A DNA stretch of 64,000 bases from Candidatus Bathyarchaeia archaeon (GCA_050010515.1 JBEKKX010000022.1:1-64000); one strand, 5' to 3'. Counted from the first letter of the stretch, positions 17,903 to 28,122 are shown. A program made the numbers and translations. Notes: a model not told the origin generated them from the sequence alone.

Positions 17903-18976
17903 TCACTGTTTAAGCACCTTAGCCTCATAGTCGTCAAGAAACTCGGAGCTTAAGTTTGGGGTACTGTGTTTTTTCTTGAAATCAGCATACTCGGCAATCA
18001 AATTAGCTATTGCATAGTCAATGTGCAAATGAGGCTTTGCTTTTATGATCTCGGTTTTTTTTCCGAAATCCAATAGACAACGTAAAAACACTGTGTCAAC
18101 AAGCCGGTTTATTCTAGGTCTTGAATTGCCAAAATATTTTAAGGTGGCTCTAGCTTGCCTAACCTTACGCGCTAACGTGTCTCTAAACTTCAGGTCCGAG
18201 ATTCCGTATTTATCGCAAATAAAAGAAGAGTAGCTTAAGACGCCTTTGTTGTCGTTAGCGAAGCTATCAACAACCCTCCCCAATTTAGATTTTCTCAGAG
18301 GCAGGTCTTGCTGGTTGAACAAGTTATCAATGTCAGCAACAGGTAGCCTCCGCACGTAGCCCTGGCTTAAACGGTAAAAGTAGGCGTCATTGTTGGCAAA
18401 GCGGCTTTTGGTAAATTTGCTTGCTTCTTGTGGATTTGTCTTTTGAAACTCGGATAAATCAACGTCATTATTAACAAGTAGCTTGTGAATTTCGGTGCCC
18501 TTTAACGTGCAGCCTAAACCGTCAGTAAAACTTAACATGCTTGAGGGTTGAAAGGTAACGTCGCGGTCTAAACTATCATCGAAGGGTATGCTTTCGTCAT
18601 AGGAGGCGCCGACGCCGACCACTAAGCCGCAAGCCAGGCAAACTTTTTCTCCGTCGTCAACCTTATCCGTGAGAGTTTCACACAAACACTCAGGGCAAAC
18701 AAGGTCCAACTGATCGACCCTAACGACGCCTCCCATATTCGACGCTAACCATGCGTCAAGAATCCCTTGATATTTAGCTAACTCATTTTTGCTGTCAAGG
18801 CCTAGTACTTTTCTTAAATTCTCAGGATCAGTAATGTTTTCTCGATACTTAAGCTGGAAAAGCTGTTGATGCAGTTTCATGTCCGGGAGAAGTGCCAGAT
18901 ATTTCTCTTCTGAAAGACCGCTATTCCTAACGTAAGCCAATATTTGTTCAGTGTTTCCGTTTAGTTCAACCAACAT
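17903..18976 (-). CDS. divergent TFB/TFIIB-like protein
   Basis: C-x2-C-x15-C-x2-C ribbon with GEKVC..CGLV matching the host TFB spacing, then PSSMLSFTDGLGCTL resembling host PTSYSVHDKGLSTAI. Confidence 0.65.
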   Translation of the reverse strand: MLVELNGNTEQILAYVRNSGLSEEKYLALLPDMKLHQQLFQLKYRENITDPENLRKVLGLDSKNELAKYQGILDAWLASNMGGVVRVDQLDLVCPECLCETLTDKVDDGEKVCLACGLVVGVGASYDESIPFDDSLDRDVTFQPSSMLSFTDGLGCTLKGTEIHKLLVNNDVDLSEFQKTNPQEASKFTKSRFANNDAYFYRLSQGYVRRLPVADIDNLFNQQDLPLRKSKLGRVVDSFANDNKGVLSYSSFICDKYGISDLKFRDTLARKVRQARATLKYFGNSRPRINRLVDTVFLRCLLDFGKKTEIIKAKPHLHIDYAIANLIAEYADFKKKHSTPNLSSEFLDDYEAKVLKQ

Positions 18977-19933
18977 TTACCATCGCTCTTTTGCTGTTTT
19001 AAGAAGCTCTTGCAGGGTACCTTCTTGCTCAATGAAATCCAATAAGACCTCAACCGCGACAGTGAGACATTCGTTAAGTCTTTTCTGCTTAAACTCTTGT
19101 GAAGGGTCAACCGCTAAGTTATAGACAGCATGTTTAAAATCATCGGGTAAATCGGCTTTGGCGTCACTGATTAGCTTTTCAAGTGTTTGCTGCTCTTCGT
19201 TATTTTCAGCGATTAAAGCGTCAATCTTCTCTTCAGAGGTAGGCTCTTTGGTTTGCCGTTCCCAGTTGGGAACGGGATTATCGTTAAGTAACTCAGGTTC
19301 AACCGGTAAAACCGTTGACGTCAACGGTTCTTTTTCAGTGAAAGTATTCACGTGAATACTTTGTAGTTCTTTAACTTCCGTTGATTCTGCAGGTTGTTGT
19401 GTGGCTTTGAGAGCTCTTGCCTTGCCGCTTGCGATTCCAAGTTGAGAATGTTCTTGGTCTTTCAGTGGTTTCGGATAATAGCGGTCAACGGTTGTGTGAC
19501 TTAACCCGATTTTGGCCACAATCTCTTTAACGCTTAAGTGTCCTTCAGTGGCAAGAAATACTATGTTTTTCTTGAGTTCTTCAGAGGTTCCTTTTCTCCG
19601 ATTGAAGTTAATTGCTGTGCTGTAAAGTACCCTATCGACTTCAGTAATGCAATTTTTCAGAATAATCTTAGTGTATTGAGCGTTAGGGCATTCGGTTAAT
19701 CGATGAAAACCGTCAACAAGCGTCACGCCGTCAGCCATATAGTAGATTGGAGTGATAGGGCCTAGGTTCTGTATGCTTTCTGCAAGGCTGTAACCTTCTT
19801 CATCATCGACAGCAACGATAGTGAAAACTTTGTCGCCGTTAACAGTTTTTTCTTGGATTGTTTTAAACTGAGAATGGTTCTCAGGGGTACTAATTTTTTC
19901 ATTGCTTTCGCTAATAGATTTTTCACTGATCAA
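18977..19933 (-). CDS. ParB/Srx N-terminal domain plus HTH protein
   Basis: LAESIQNLGPITPI, LVDGFHRL, NFNRR and an HTH. Confidence 0.8.
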   Translation of the reverse strand: MISEKSISESNEKISTPENHSQFKTIQEKTVNGDKVFTIVAVDDEEGYSLAESIQNLGPITPIYYMADGVTLVDGFHRLTECPNAQYTKIILKNCITEVDRVLYSTAINFNRRKGTSEELKKNIVFLATEGHLSVKEIVAKIGLSHTTVDRYYPKPLKDQEHSQLGIASGKARALKATQQPAESTEVKELQSIHVNTFTEKEPLTSTVLPVEPELLNDNPVPNWERQTKEPTSEEKIDALIAENNEEQQTLEKLISDAKADLPDDFKHAVYNLAVDPSQEFKQKRLNECLTVAVEVLLDFIEQEGTLQELLKTAKERW

Positions 19934-20035
19934 TTTTAAAACCTCTACAACTGTTCTTATTTAGATAAAATTGAGAACCAAAAAAGGAAAAAAGGGAAGG
20001 TTGTGTTTTGTGCGGGTGATATCTCCAATAAAGAC

Positions 20036-20049
20036 TTATTAGTCTCGAA
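20036..20049 (+). repeat. right att core TTATTAGTCTCGAA
   Basis: Identical to 2424-2437. Confidence 0.85.
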
Positions 20050-20208
20050 AAACATCTTTAGCTTACCCGAAGGTTAGGGTAGAAGCCTTTGTTGCGTCAA
20101 ATCAAGCATGCGCTTGGTTGGGTGTTGCAATGGCTTTGATGGTTTGTAGTTCACCTTAAACGAGGGTTGAATAAAGTACCCGTGTCAAATTGATGGAGGA
20201 TTGTTTAA

Positions 20209-20607
20209 GTGGCGGGAAGTCAAAAAACGATACTTGTTGTTGATGATGACAAATCGATACTTCGAACGTTCACGCGCATTCTTCAAAAAAGCGGCTATGA
20301 AATTGATGTTGCAGAAACCGGAAAAGAAGCTATGGAGAAAGCAGAAAATCACCATTTCGATTTAGCATTAGTTGATATCAGGCTTCCAGATATGGATGGC
20401 ACAGATTTACTTGCTAAACTCAAAAAGCAATTACAGTATACCGTGAAAATAATGATTACTGGCTTTCCATCCCTAGAAACAGGCGTTAAAGCGCTTGATG
20501 AAGGCGCAGATGCTTACTTGGTTAAACCTGTGAAACCTCAGGAACTGCTGATGCTTCTGGAAGAGAAACTGAAAAACCGGGAAGAGCCACCTGAAGCAAG
20601 CACTTAA
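20209..20607 (+). CDS. single-domain response regulator
   Basis: LVVDDD, DIRLPDMDG, ITG, KP. Confidence 0.92.
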   Translation: MAGSQKTILVVDDDKSILRTFTRILQKSGYEIDVAETGKEAMEKAENHHFDLALVDIRLPDMDGTDLLAKLKKQLQYTVKIMITGFPSLETGVKALDEGADAYLVKPVKPQELLMLLEEKLKNREEPPEAST

Positions 20608-20642
20608 AACATAGCGCTTAAGTAAAAGAGAGAAAGTAGAGT

Positions 20643-23525
20643 TTATTCGATGTAGATTGCTGGTTGGTAAGGCATAGCTATCACTGCACGATTCTTAGGG
20701 TCGTAACGTTTCTGATAATCTTCGCTGAACACGTATACTTCAGCTTTAAAGCGTTCCTTCAAAAAGCCAAGTGCACTATCCAAGATTTCTTTCTCATCTA
20801 CAGCTTTAATTTTTAGCATGTTAGCTTTTCTTTCATTTGCCAGTTTATTTAAAGCCTTCATCACTTTGGGAACCATGCCTGCAATGTTCTTCATATGCGG
20901 CTTCAGGTCCTTGTCGGCGGCAAATTCTTTCATTATCTCGTTAATCTTTGCCTCGCCAGCTAAGGTTTTGTCTAAAATTTTTAGGTATGCCTGCCACTTC
21001 CATGATGCAGCTGTGTAGTAGCATATGCGTTTAGGTGTAATCTTCATGGCTTTTAGGATATTGGAAGTGTCTGATATGACATCAACTATCAGGTTCTCCT
21101 GCTCTTCCGCAGCTACATCAACTTTTGCCTCATCAAACACTGGCCATTTTGCAACGCTAATGAAGCCTGCCTCGCCCGTTTGGCTCCAAAGCTCCTCGCA
21201 AATGAAAGGCGCGAAAGGCGCAAGTATTTTAAGCCAAATTTTCACTGCTTCGCCCAGCGCTTTAGAGTCAGTGTTGCCTTTTCGTTGGATATACCAGCGC
21301 AGGTCATTCCAAGTTTCAAACAAGGCAATCTGCAAGGCGGTTCGGGTTTTAAGCTCATCTAAGCTGACTGTGACATCCTTAATTCTCTGTTGAAGTTTAC
21401 TTTGCAGCCATCGTTCCAGCACTGTGTCTTCTTCTTTTTTGGCAGAAGCAATTACTGCGCTTGCTAAACTGCATAATGCTTCAAACTTGCTTTTCAAGTC
21501 GCTTACGTTTTCCGCTCGCCAGTCAGGGTCATCCATGCCCTCTGCACCCAGCAACAGTGCGCTGCGGGTGGCGTCGGCCCCATACTTTTCAACGGCGCCC
21601 TTCATTGTTATGAAGTTGCCTTTGCTCTTGTGCATTTGTTTACCTTCAACCATGAGCATACCGTTTACTCCTATGGCTTTGGGCCAGTGTTCAGGCGGAA
21701 ACAGGGCGGCATGGTGGAAGATACAGAAGGTCAAATGGTTTGGTACAAGTTCTTTAGCTGAGTTTCTGAGGTCAAAGGGGTACCAGTACAAGAATTCTTT
21801 CCGCATTGCTAATAGTAAATCAGCTTTTATTCCAACCGCCTTTTGAAGTTCTGTTGGATCCCCTTTGCCATAAAAAATATAGTCAAACACTTCGGGCGTT
21901 AACGCTTCAGGCTTAATGTTGTTTTGTTTTATGTGCTTGTTTATGGTGTAAAACGCCATGTAAATTGTTGAATCGCTTAGTGTCTCGATTATCCAGCCTT
22001 TTCCCCACGGCAATGGAGTTCCGAAACCTGTGGTTCTGGCGCAAGCCCATTCCCTCAGCCAGTCTATAACAGTGTTGAATGATTGTTTGGCTGAGTCAGG
22101 GTAAATCGTCATTTGAGCTACTACTTCTTTAGCTTTCGCCTTCCACTGTTGGTCGGAGTAGTTTAGGAACCACTGGTCTGAAAGTATCTTTACTATGCAC
22201 TGGGTCATGCATCGGCAAACCACTTGCTCTGGCAAATCGTACATGCTGTCGGCGACGCCGAGCTTACGGAAATCAGCAATAAGCGTATCTTTTACGTCTC
22301 TGACTGATTTTCCAGCGTAAGGTCCGCAATTCTGCTTTAGGACTCCGTTGTGGAATTCTTTTTTGTATAATGCTTTCGTGGCTTCATCAGCTTTGGAGTC
22401 ATTCTGGTCTTTGATGCCCATTTGTTGAACTATTTCAACGGCTGGGTACTCGCCGAAACCCTCGACCTTAATTATTGAGATGGGCTTAATCCGCTTAACG
22501 ACTTCAGGGTCAACGCCAAAATCCTTGAGAACCTCAGGCTTTTCCTGCAAATCCTTGAGTGCCAGCCAATCGTATGGTGCGTGGGCGGGTACACTGTAAA
22601 CGACTCCTGTAGCAGTTTTTGGGTCAACAAACCAGCCTGGCAAAATAGGAAACTTGCTTTTTGTTATGGGGTTTTCGAAAATTTTGCCAATAAGTTCCTT
22701 GCCTTTAAACGAACGTTTTACTTGTACTTTCTTTTCTTGCTCTTTGAGTTTCTCAGCGGCTTCTTGACTAATTATCCAGTTTTCCCCATTAACGGCTGCT
22801 TCAACGTATGTTGCATCGGGATTTATCCACATGTTTGTTATACCGTAGATTGTTTCGGGACGGAAAGTTGCCGCGGGCAAAAACGTGTTCTCGTCAAGCT
22901 TGTATTTTATCAACGTGTATTCTTCTGGAGTTACGCCTTCGCCTACTTGGCGGTCATGATCTCCTGTTGGGCTTTGGTCTTTTGGGCACCACACCACCGG
23001 ATGTGTTCCCCTTGTGACGTAGCCTTTTTCTTTGAGGTTTTTGTATTGCCACTCAATGAATTTCTGGTAAGTAGGCATTAAAGTGGTGAATTCACGTCGC
23101 CAATCTACTGAGAAACCTATGCTTTTAACGGCTAAGCGTGCTTCATTAGTGTAGTATTGAGCCATGTACATTGGGTCAACAAACTTTTTCAGGTCTGATT
23201 CTGGAACGCCATCAACTTCGCGGAGAACTCGAATGTAGTCTTCGTCGCCTCTTGCTACGCGTTGGCTGGCTCCTAGAAGCGGTTGCCCCGTCCAATGCCA
23301 AGCCCAAGGCCAAAGCACGTTGTAACCTTGCATCCGCTTGAACCTAGCATAAGCGTCAACCCGTGAAGCCGTGAACGTGTGTCCAACATGCAATGGACCG
23401 TTCATATATGGGTATGGGAAAGTTACCATTATTTTCTTTCTTTTTGGGTCTGGGTCAGCCTCAAAAATGCGGGCGCTTTCCCATTTGGCTTGCCATTTCT
23501 GCTCGATTTGCTTGGTTTGGCTCAT
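20643..23525 (-). CDS. leuS: leucyl-tRNA synthetase (archaeal type)
   Basis: PYPYMNGPLHVGH, QMHKSKGN, DHDR editing-region motif. Confidence 0.95.
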   Translation of the reverse strand: MSQTKQIEQKWQAKWESARIFEADPDPKRKKIMVTFPYPYMNGPLHVGHTFTASRVDAYARFKRMQGYNVLWPWAWHWTGQPLLGASQRVARGDEDYIRVLREVDGVPESDLKKFVDPMYMAQYYTNEARLAVKSIGFSVDWRREFTTLMPTYQKFIEWQYKNLKEKGYVTRGTHPVVWCPKDQSPTGDHDRQVGEGVTPEEYTLIKYKLDENTFLPAATFRPETIYGITNMWINPDATYVEAAVNGENWIISQEAAEKLKEQEKKVQVKRSFKGKELIGKIFENPITKSKFPILPGWFVDPKTATGVVYSVPAHAPYDWLALKDLQEKPEVLKDFGVDPEVVKRIKPISIIKVEGFGEYPAVEIVQQMGIKDQNDSKADEATKALYKKEFHNGVLKQNCGPYAGKSVRDVKDTLIADFRKLGVADSMYDLPEQVVCRCMTQCIVKILSDQWFLNYSDQQWKAKAKEVVAQMTIYPDSAKQSFNTVIDWLREWACARTTGFGTPLPWGKGWIIETLSDSTIYMAFYTINKHIKQNNIKPEALTPEVFDYIFYGKGDPTELQKAVGIKADLLLAMRKEFLYWYPFDLRNSAKELVPNHLTFCIFHHAALFPPEHWPKAIGVNGMLMVEGKQMHKSKGNFITMKGAVEKYGADATRSALLLGAEGMDDPDWRAENVSDLKSKFEALCSLASAVIASAKKEEDTVLERWLQSKLQQRIKDVTVSLDELKTRTALQIALFETWNDLRWYIQRKGNTDSKALGEAVKIWLKILAPFAPFICEELWSQTGEAGFISVAKWPVFDEAKVDVAAEEQENLIVDVISDTSNILKAMKITPKRICYYTAASWKWQAYLKILDKTLAGEAKINEIMKEFAADKDLKPHMKNIAGMVPKVMKALNKLANERKANMLKIKAVDEKEILDSALGFLKERFKAEVYVFSEDYQKRYDPKNRAVIAMPYQPAIYIE

Positions 23526-23797
23526 GAAACTTGTGATTAAGTCATTTGGCTATTAAGAGTTTTGCTTTATGTGTTGACAGCTTTCTAATGTTCGCATGGG
23601 AGTGCTCGTTTCGAGAATGGTTTGTGCAATTTTGTTTGAGTTTTTGAATGCAAAATGAGGGGGAGGGGGGTACTTTTTTGACCTAGTTTTCATAACTAAA
23701 TAGAGCGTATGTCTCTGCAAGAAGAAATAGTTGCGAACTTGAAAAAAGTCGAAAAAGTCTTATGTACTTGATTTTAACAATAGGGAAGTGATGAAGC

Positions 23798-24178
23798 ATG
23801 CAAGATAATACAGAAACAAGAATTAAGCAAGACCTTTTTGATGAAATCCAAAATTTAGAACAAAATTACGGGGTAATTGAGAGTTTTCTTTCAGGAAAGG
23901 ACTATGATGCCTTAGCTATCGGTGAAGCAATTCAAGCTTTCAAAGACAGCTTAAGCCGAGCCAGCGCATTCGTCCTTGCCCTATACAACCTGAAAGGTAA
24001 ACGAGTTAGCATTCCATGGGAACCCCTCTTTACAAGCTTAGATTATGCTTTAGCAACGATTGCGGTTTCTTCCTCGCCAAAGCAGAAAGCGGCAGTTAAA
24101 ACCATTCTATCCATGTCTGAAGAGCAAATTGGGCAGGTTCTAGCTTACTTTTCAGCTCTGAAGGAGTCGCTGAAATAA
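23798..24178 (+). CDS. hypothetical protein
   Basis: 126-aa ORF with plausible upstream signals. Confidence 0.65.
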   Translation: MQDNTETRIKQDLFDEIQNLEQNYGVIESFLSGKDYDALAIGEAIQAFKDSLSRASAFVLALYNLKGKRVSIPWEPLFTSLDYALATIAVSSSPKQKAAVKTILSMSEEQIGQVLAYFSALKESLK

Positions 24179-24686
24179 GTAGAAAACTAAGTTGCAAGTA
24201 TTTTTCGACATAGAGACCCAGTTTATTTGGGTTTCCAGGTCTCCTCCGAAAATGGGGCACGGTTCTAACTAAACTGTAAACTGAATGAGCAAACAAACCG
24301 TAAAAACAGCCAACATTACTGTAAGACGTAAACATATGTGACTGACTTTAGCACAGTAGCACTGATTTTTCTAATGAACACAAGACACTAAACGTAGAAA
24401 AAGTAGAAACTCAAATCATTAGTCGTTTCTTTCGAGCATACCACCAATCATAAACTTCGCCAAAGCAGTAGACAAAAATGACCATTCCAACATAGAAAGA
24501 TGCATCCGCAATAATGATGTCAATATCACTCAAGCCAATCACAAATTTCGCTCAAGCAGTCCAAGCTTAAAACAGTTATTTCGAAATTCGGCTACATATC
24601 GAAATAAAATAAAGCCTCAAATTTTGCTAGAGAAATTCAGTTGCTAAATTGATACCCTGTCCCGCCTTTGTAATTAAAAATAAAAT

Positions 24687-25112
24687 TCATTTGATATTCT
24701 TGAATTCGTCTAGTAAGTCGTTGATTTGGGCGAATAATTCGAGAAAACGGTAACCCCTTTTAGTTGTACTGTATTTGTTTAGTTTTTTCTCAAGCAAACC
24801 CTGAGATATTAAAGCGTCAATTTGGCTTTTAAGCTGGGAATAATTTAGGTTTGCATTGTACATTATGCTTGTTTTGGTTTTTTGTTGCTCGCAAAAAAGT
24901 AGAATCTCTGCTATAATATCCATTTTTCCTCTTCTTGAGCCATTAGCAATACTCAATTCTTTTTCATGCTTTAGAAGAGCAAACTGGAGTTCCTGTGAAT
25001 TTAATTTCGCGGTTCCAGGCAAACTGCCTGTCAAACAACTTTCCCCATCTTTAATTTGATTTATAGCTTCTTTGGCTCTTAAACGAATGTGATTGTACAT
25101 CAACAATAACAA
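24687..25112 (-). CDS. winged-helix transcriptional regulator
   Basis: RRGKMDIIAEIL..KTSIMYNANLNY..Y.TT.RG; true start probably downstream. Confidence 0.8.
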   Translation of the reverse strand: MLLLMYNHIRLRAKEAINQIKDGESCLTGSLPGTAKLNSQELQFALLKHEKELSIANGSRRGKMDIIAEILLFCEQQKTKTSIMYNANLNYSQLKSQIDALISQGLLEKKLNKYSTTKRGYRFLELFAQINDLLDEFKNIK

Positions 25113-25280
25113 CCAATCAAATTGGCGTTTGTCTTGTTAGGGTCATTTTTTTCTGAGAAATTTTTTGTGCGACTTTTTGGTTTTGCTTAGTTGCGACTTT
25201 GGGGTGGGTTGGCTGGAAAATGGGGGCTTAACGCTTTAAATAATGAAGTTTAGTTAGCATGGATAAGAAGCGGAAGTATT

Positions 25281-25706
25281 ATGCTTGAGCGTTTAACGCT
25301 TTACTCTGATGGAGGTGCAAGAGGAAATCCTGGACCTGCCGCCATCGCGTATCTTGCAGCAACGGAAGCAGGGCAGATCATTAAGGCGGATTCCCGTTTC
25401 ATAGGAAAACATACGAATAACCAGGCAGAATACAAAGCGTTGATAGCCGCACTGCAGTTTGCCGTAGCCAATAAAGTTGAAGAAGCCGTTTGCCACCTTG
25501 ACAGCGAATTAGTCGCAAAACAGCTTAACGGGGAATACAGCGTAAAAAATTTTGAGTTACAAAAACTTTGGCGTAGCGCAAAAGAATTGAAAGGCTGCTT
25601 TAAAAAAATAAGCTTTGTTAATGTTCCCCGAAGCAACCCTTACATTCAAAGGGCAGATGCTCTTGTAAATAAAATTTTAGATGAAGAATCCAAAAAGCAC
25701 CTGTAG
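25281..25706 (+). CDS. rnhA: ribonuclease HI
   Basis: DGGARGNPGP, TNNQAEY, DSELV, AD.L.N. Confidence 0.9.
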   Translation: MLERLTLYSDGGARGNPGPAAIAYLAATEAGQIIKADSRFIGKHTNNQAEYKALIAALQFAVANKVEEAVCHLDSELVAKQLNGEYSVKNFELQKLWRSAKELKGCFKKISFVNVPRSNPYIQRADALVNKILDEESKKHL

Positions 25707-25896
25707 CTAAAGGATCATAAAACATAACTGGGAAGTTGATTCGTTATTATGGGTTGTATTATAGGCGGATGAGTTGTAAGCTTCAGAAAATGGTCACTCC
25801 TCTAAGCAGGGAGAAGCTTGTTGTTGCTCGCAAGAAAGAGGTGATTAAATGTCCAAGGTGTGATTATGTCATGGATTTTGTGGAAGCATATAGGCC

Positions 25897-26799
25897 TTAT
25901 GGAGATGAGGCTGATGATTTTGACGGATAGTCTGTTTTATTTGCGCCGGAGGCGCCTTTGTTCTTGAAATAGGTTCTTGTGTATTCAAGTGTTTGCTTTA
26001 GCTTTGTAGAGAAACTAATTATGCTGACCATAAGTAATACAGCTCCTGTCCACACTAACATGGTACCTTGAATGGCGTAAGGTGTTGCAGGGATTAGAGG
26101 GTCGGGGAAAGTGAACTTGGCTGTTGGAAACATGAGGAGCAATCCTGAAATTAAAAATGTGAAAGATGCTATGAATAAAGATACCACCACTAAAGAAGAT
26201 GGTGCTGTAAGTTTAGCGTTGCTGTAGTGATTCCAAAGAATAAAACCTACAATAGCCATTAAAACAGAGAGATAAAGTAATTGATTGTAATTAAGAAATG
26301 AACAATTATATTCAGCTCCAATAAATTGGGTATTATACGCAACTCTTTCAGTATCCAAAGCGTATGCCCCCCAAGGAAAAAACTTTTCCGAAAGCACGTT
26401 AATTTCTAAGTAAACAATTACTGCGCATATAGTTCCCGTAACTAACAGTGTGAAACCAGAGGCAGAAAAAATTGTGTTGCGGTTAACCTTCCCAGAACCT
26501 GAAAGTTTCCAAATAAAAAGACCAATAAATGCTAAAGCGACACCAATGTCAAACAGTTGAGTGTATTTAAGAAATTGAAACGGTGATGGTAGTTGCGTTA
26601 TATCTCCATAGACAGCAACAAAGGGTTTTAACTGGAGCCTGTAACCATTCACGTAGTCCCAGAAAGGATACGAATTTAAGATTTGTATAATAAAAAATAA
26701 ATATGCTGATAACCCTGAACCCAATAAGAAAAGAAATATCCCCAAGATGCTATATGGATTTATAACTCTCTTTTGATTTTCTTTTCCTATTTTACTCAC
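25897..26799 (-). CDS. multi-pass membrane protein
   Basis: About 6 hydrophobic segments. Confidence 0.7.
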   Translation of the reverse strand: MSKIGKENQKRVINPYSILGIFLFLLGSGLSAYLFFIIQILNSYPFWDYVNGYRLQLKPFVAVYGDITQLPSPFQFLKYTQLFDIGVALAFIGLFIWKLSGSGKVNRNTIFSASGFTLLVTGTICAVIVYLEINVLSEKFFPWGAYALDTERVAYNTQFIGAEYNCSFLNYNQLLYLSVLMAIVGFILWNHYSNAKLTAPSSLVVVSLFIASFTFLISGLLLMFPTAKFTFPDPLIPATPYAIQGTMLVWTGAVLLMVSIISFSTKLKQTLEYTRTYFKNKGASGANKTDYPSKSSASSP

Positions 26800-26952
26800 T
26801 TAACCTATTTCCCCTTAAACCCCTGATAAAACTTGTTGCGTTTGGATAATAACATTTCTGGCTATTTCTACGCTATGCAGAACCTGCTTATAGAGGAATA
26901 TCATCTGCATACCAGCATTTTCCCCAAGTGAATGCGATCTTTTCTCAATAGT

Positions 26953-27057
26953 TTTAAAGTTGCCGATACTATGGAAGATGCAATTAAGCTAATGGAAGTA
27001 GGCTACGAATTTCACGCTGAGATTGAAGGACATAAGCTATTCTGAAAGAGGAAATGA
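26953..27057 (+). pseudogene. C-terminal remnant of a tyrosine integrase
   Basis: FKVADTMEDAIKLMEVGYEFHAEIEGHKLF*KRK* resembles the 2472-3620 tail ARASTVEEAEKLASQGYTKYDEIGGVHLYRRIK. Confidence 0.65.
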
Positions 27058-27133
27058 AATAATGGATTATTCTAAAACAAAGGGGTTATAACAAACGCCG
27101 TGTTCGTTAACATAAGGAACGTGGGTTGAGAAA

Positions 27134-27520
27134 GTGTTTGTTCATGCAAGCATTCGTACAAGCAACATGGAGAAATCCATTGACTTTTACACAAGACTTC
27201 TAGGCTTGAAGCTTCTGAGTCGCCGAGAGATTAAGCAGAACAACGCTGAAATCGCTTTCCTTCAAGACGCAGAGGGCAAAGGCTGCACGCTTGAATTAAC
27301 CTTCTACCGTAACCAAACGAAATTTGCTCAGCCGGAATATGAAGAGCGATTGTTTGATCATTTAGGGTTTGAAGTTGCTGACATGGGCAAGGTTATTGCT
27401 GCTTTGCGGAAGGAAAATGTAACGATTACTGATGAACCCTTCAAATTTGGATCGAACGGGCCAGTAATTGCCTTTGTTGAGGATCCAGATGGAACGCTTA
27501 TTGAGTTGATTGAAAGGTAA
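27134..27520 (+). CDS. VOC/glyoxalase family protein
   Basis: HASIRT..SIDFY, LELT, HLGFEV, DPDG..IELIE. Confidence 0.88.
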   Translation: MFVHASIRTSNMEKSIDFYTRLLGLKLLSRREIKQNNAEIAFLQDAEGKGCTLELTFYRNQTKFAQPEYEERLFDHLGFEVADMGKVIAALRKENVTITDEPFKFGSNGPVIAFVEDPDGTLIELIER

Positions 27521-27521
27521 G

Positions 27522-27827
27522 TTACAGGTTAATCATAATATCGTTATTTTCGACTTTTAGCTCATATACGGGTTCAGGTTTTTTTGTTGGTCCTTTAACA
27601 AAATTGCCTGTTTTAAGGTCAAACGTGGAGCCGTGGCACGGGCATACAACTGTTTCACCTTGAAGTTTCCCCTTAGATAATTGACAACCCCTATGCGTGC
27701 ACACATTGCCGATGGCATAGTAACTTCCGTTTACGTTGACAAGCAATATTTTTTTATCATTGATTTCTAAGCCCATCATAATGTTTGGTTTTACATCACT
27801 TATTGATGCTAACTTGATAAATCCCAT
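27522..27827 (-). CDS. Rieske 2Fe-2S ferredoxin
   Basis: CTH...CPCHGSTFD. Confidence 0.92.
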   Translation of the reverse strand: MGFIKLASISDVKPNIMMGLEINDKKILLVNVNGSYYAIGNVCTHRGCQLSKGKLQGETVVCPCHGSTFDLKTGNFVKGPTKKPEPVYELKVENNDIMINL

Positions 27828-27959
27828 AACATATCACCTCACAAAAGTAACTTTTAAAAGTTACTCATAGAATCTGGGCCTAACTTTCTTGCTGTATTCC
27901 TCTATAGCTTTGGCTCTTTCTTCTTCCTCTTTATCTTTGGCTTCAGCTTCTTTTTCAGC

Positions 27960-28122
27960 AGGACTGCTGCACTGTGAGATGAGAAAAAGTTTGAAAGACT
28001 TTGGCGTTGCAGACGCTTATGTCCTTGCAGCTGCTAGAAAACTGAAAGCGAAGGTTTTGACTGGCGATTTAGCCTTCAAGAACGTTAAGGATGCTGTTTT
28101 GATATATAGTTGTTCACCGTAA
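27960..28122 (+). pseudogene. C-terminal fragment of a PIN/VapC toxin
   Basis: FGVADAYVLAAARKLKAKVLTGDLAF without the N-terminal PIN residues; start approximate. Confidence 0.55.

Larger units (their letters stand above)
2424..20049. mobile_element. 17.6-kb integrated element (provirus-, satellite- or plasmid-like)
   Basis: 14-bp direct repeat at both ends, integrase next to the left end, helicase, ParB-like gene and second recombinase; flanked by host genes. Confidence 0.9.

Noticed and set aside
20818-23556. Antisense ORFs over leuS (and similarly over ileS, trm1, lysC and others)
   Set aside because: Shadow frames of well-supported genes.
27853-28122. 77-aa ORF 27889-28122 as an intact gene
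   Set aside because: Its 5' half is the antisense of a charged C-terminal fragment (…EEERAKAIEEYSKKVRPRFYE*) and its 3' half is a PIN remnant; most likely a deletion scar.
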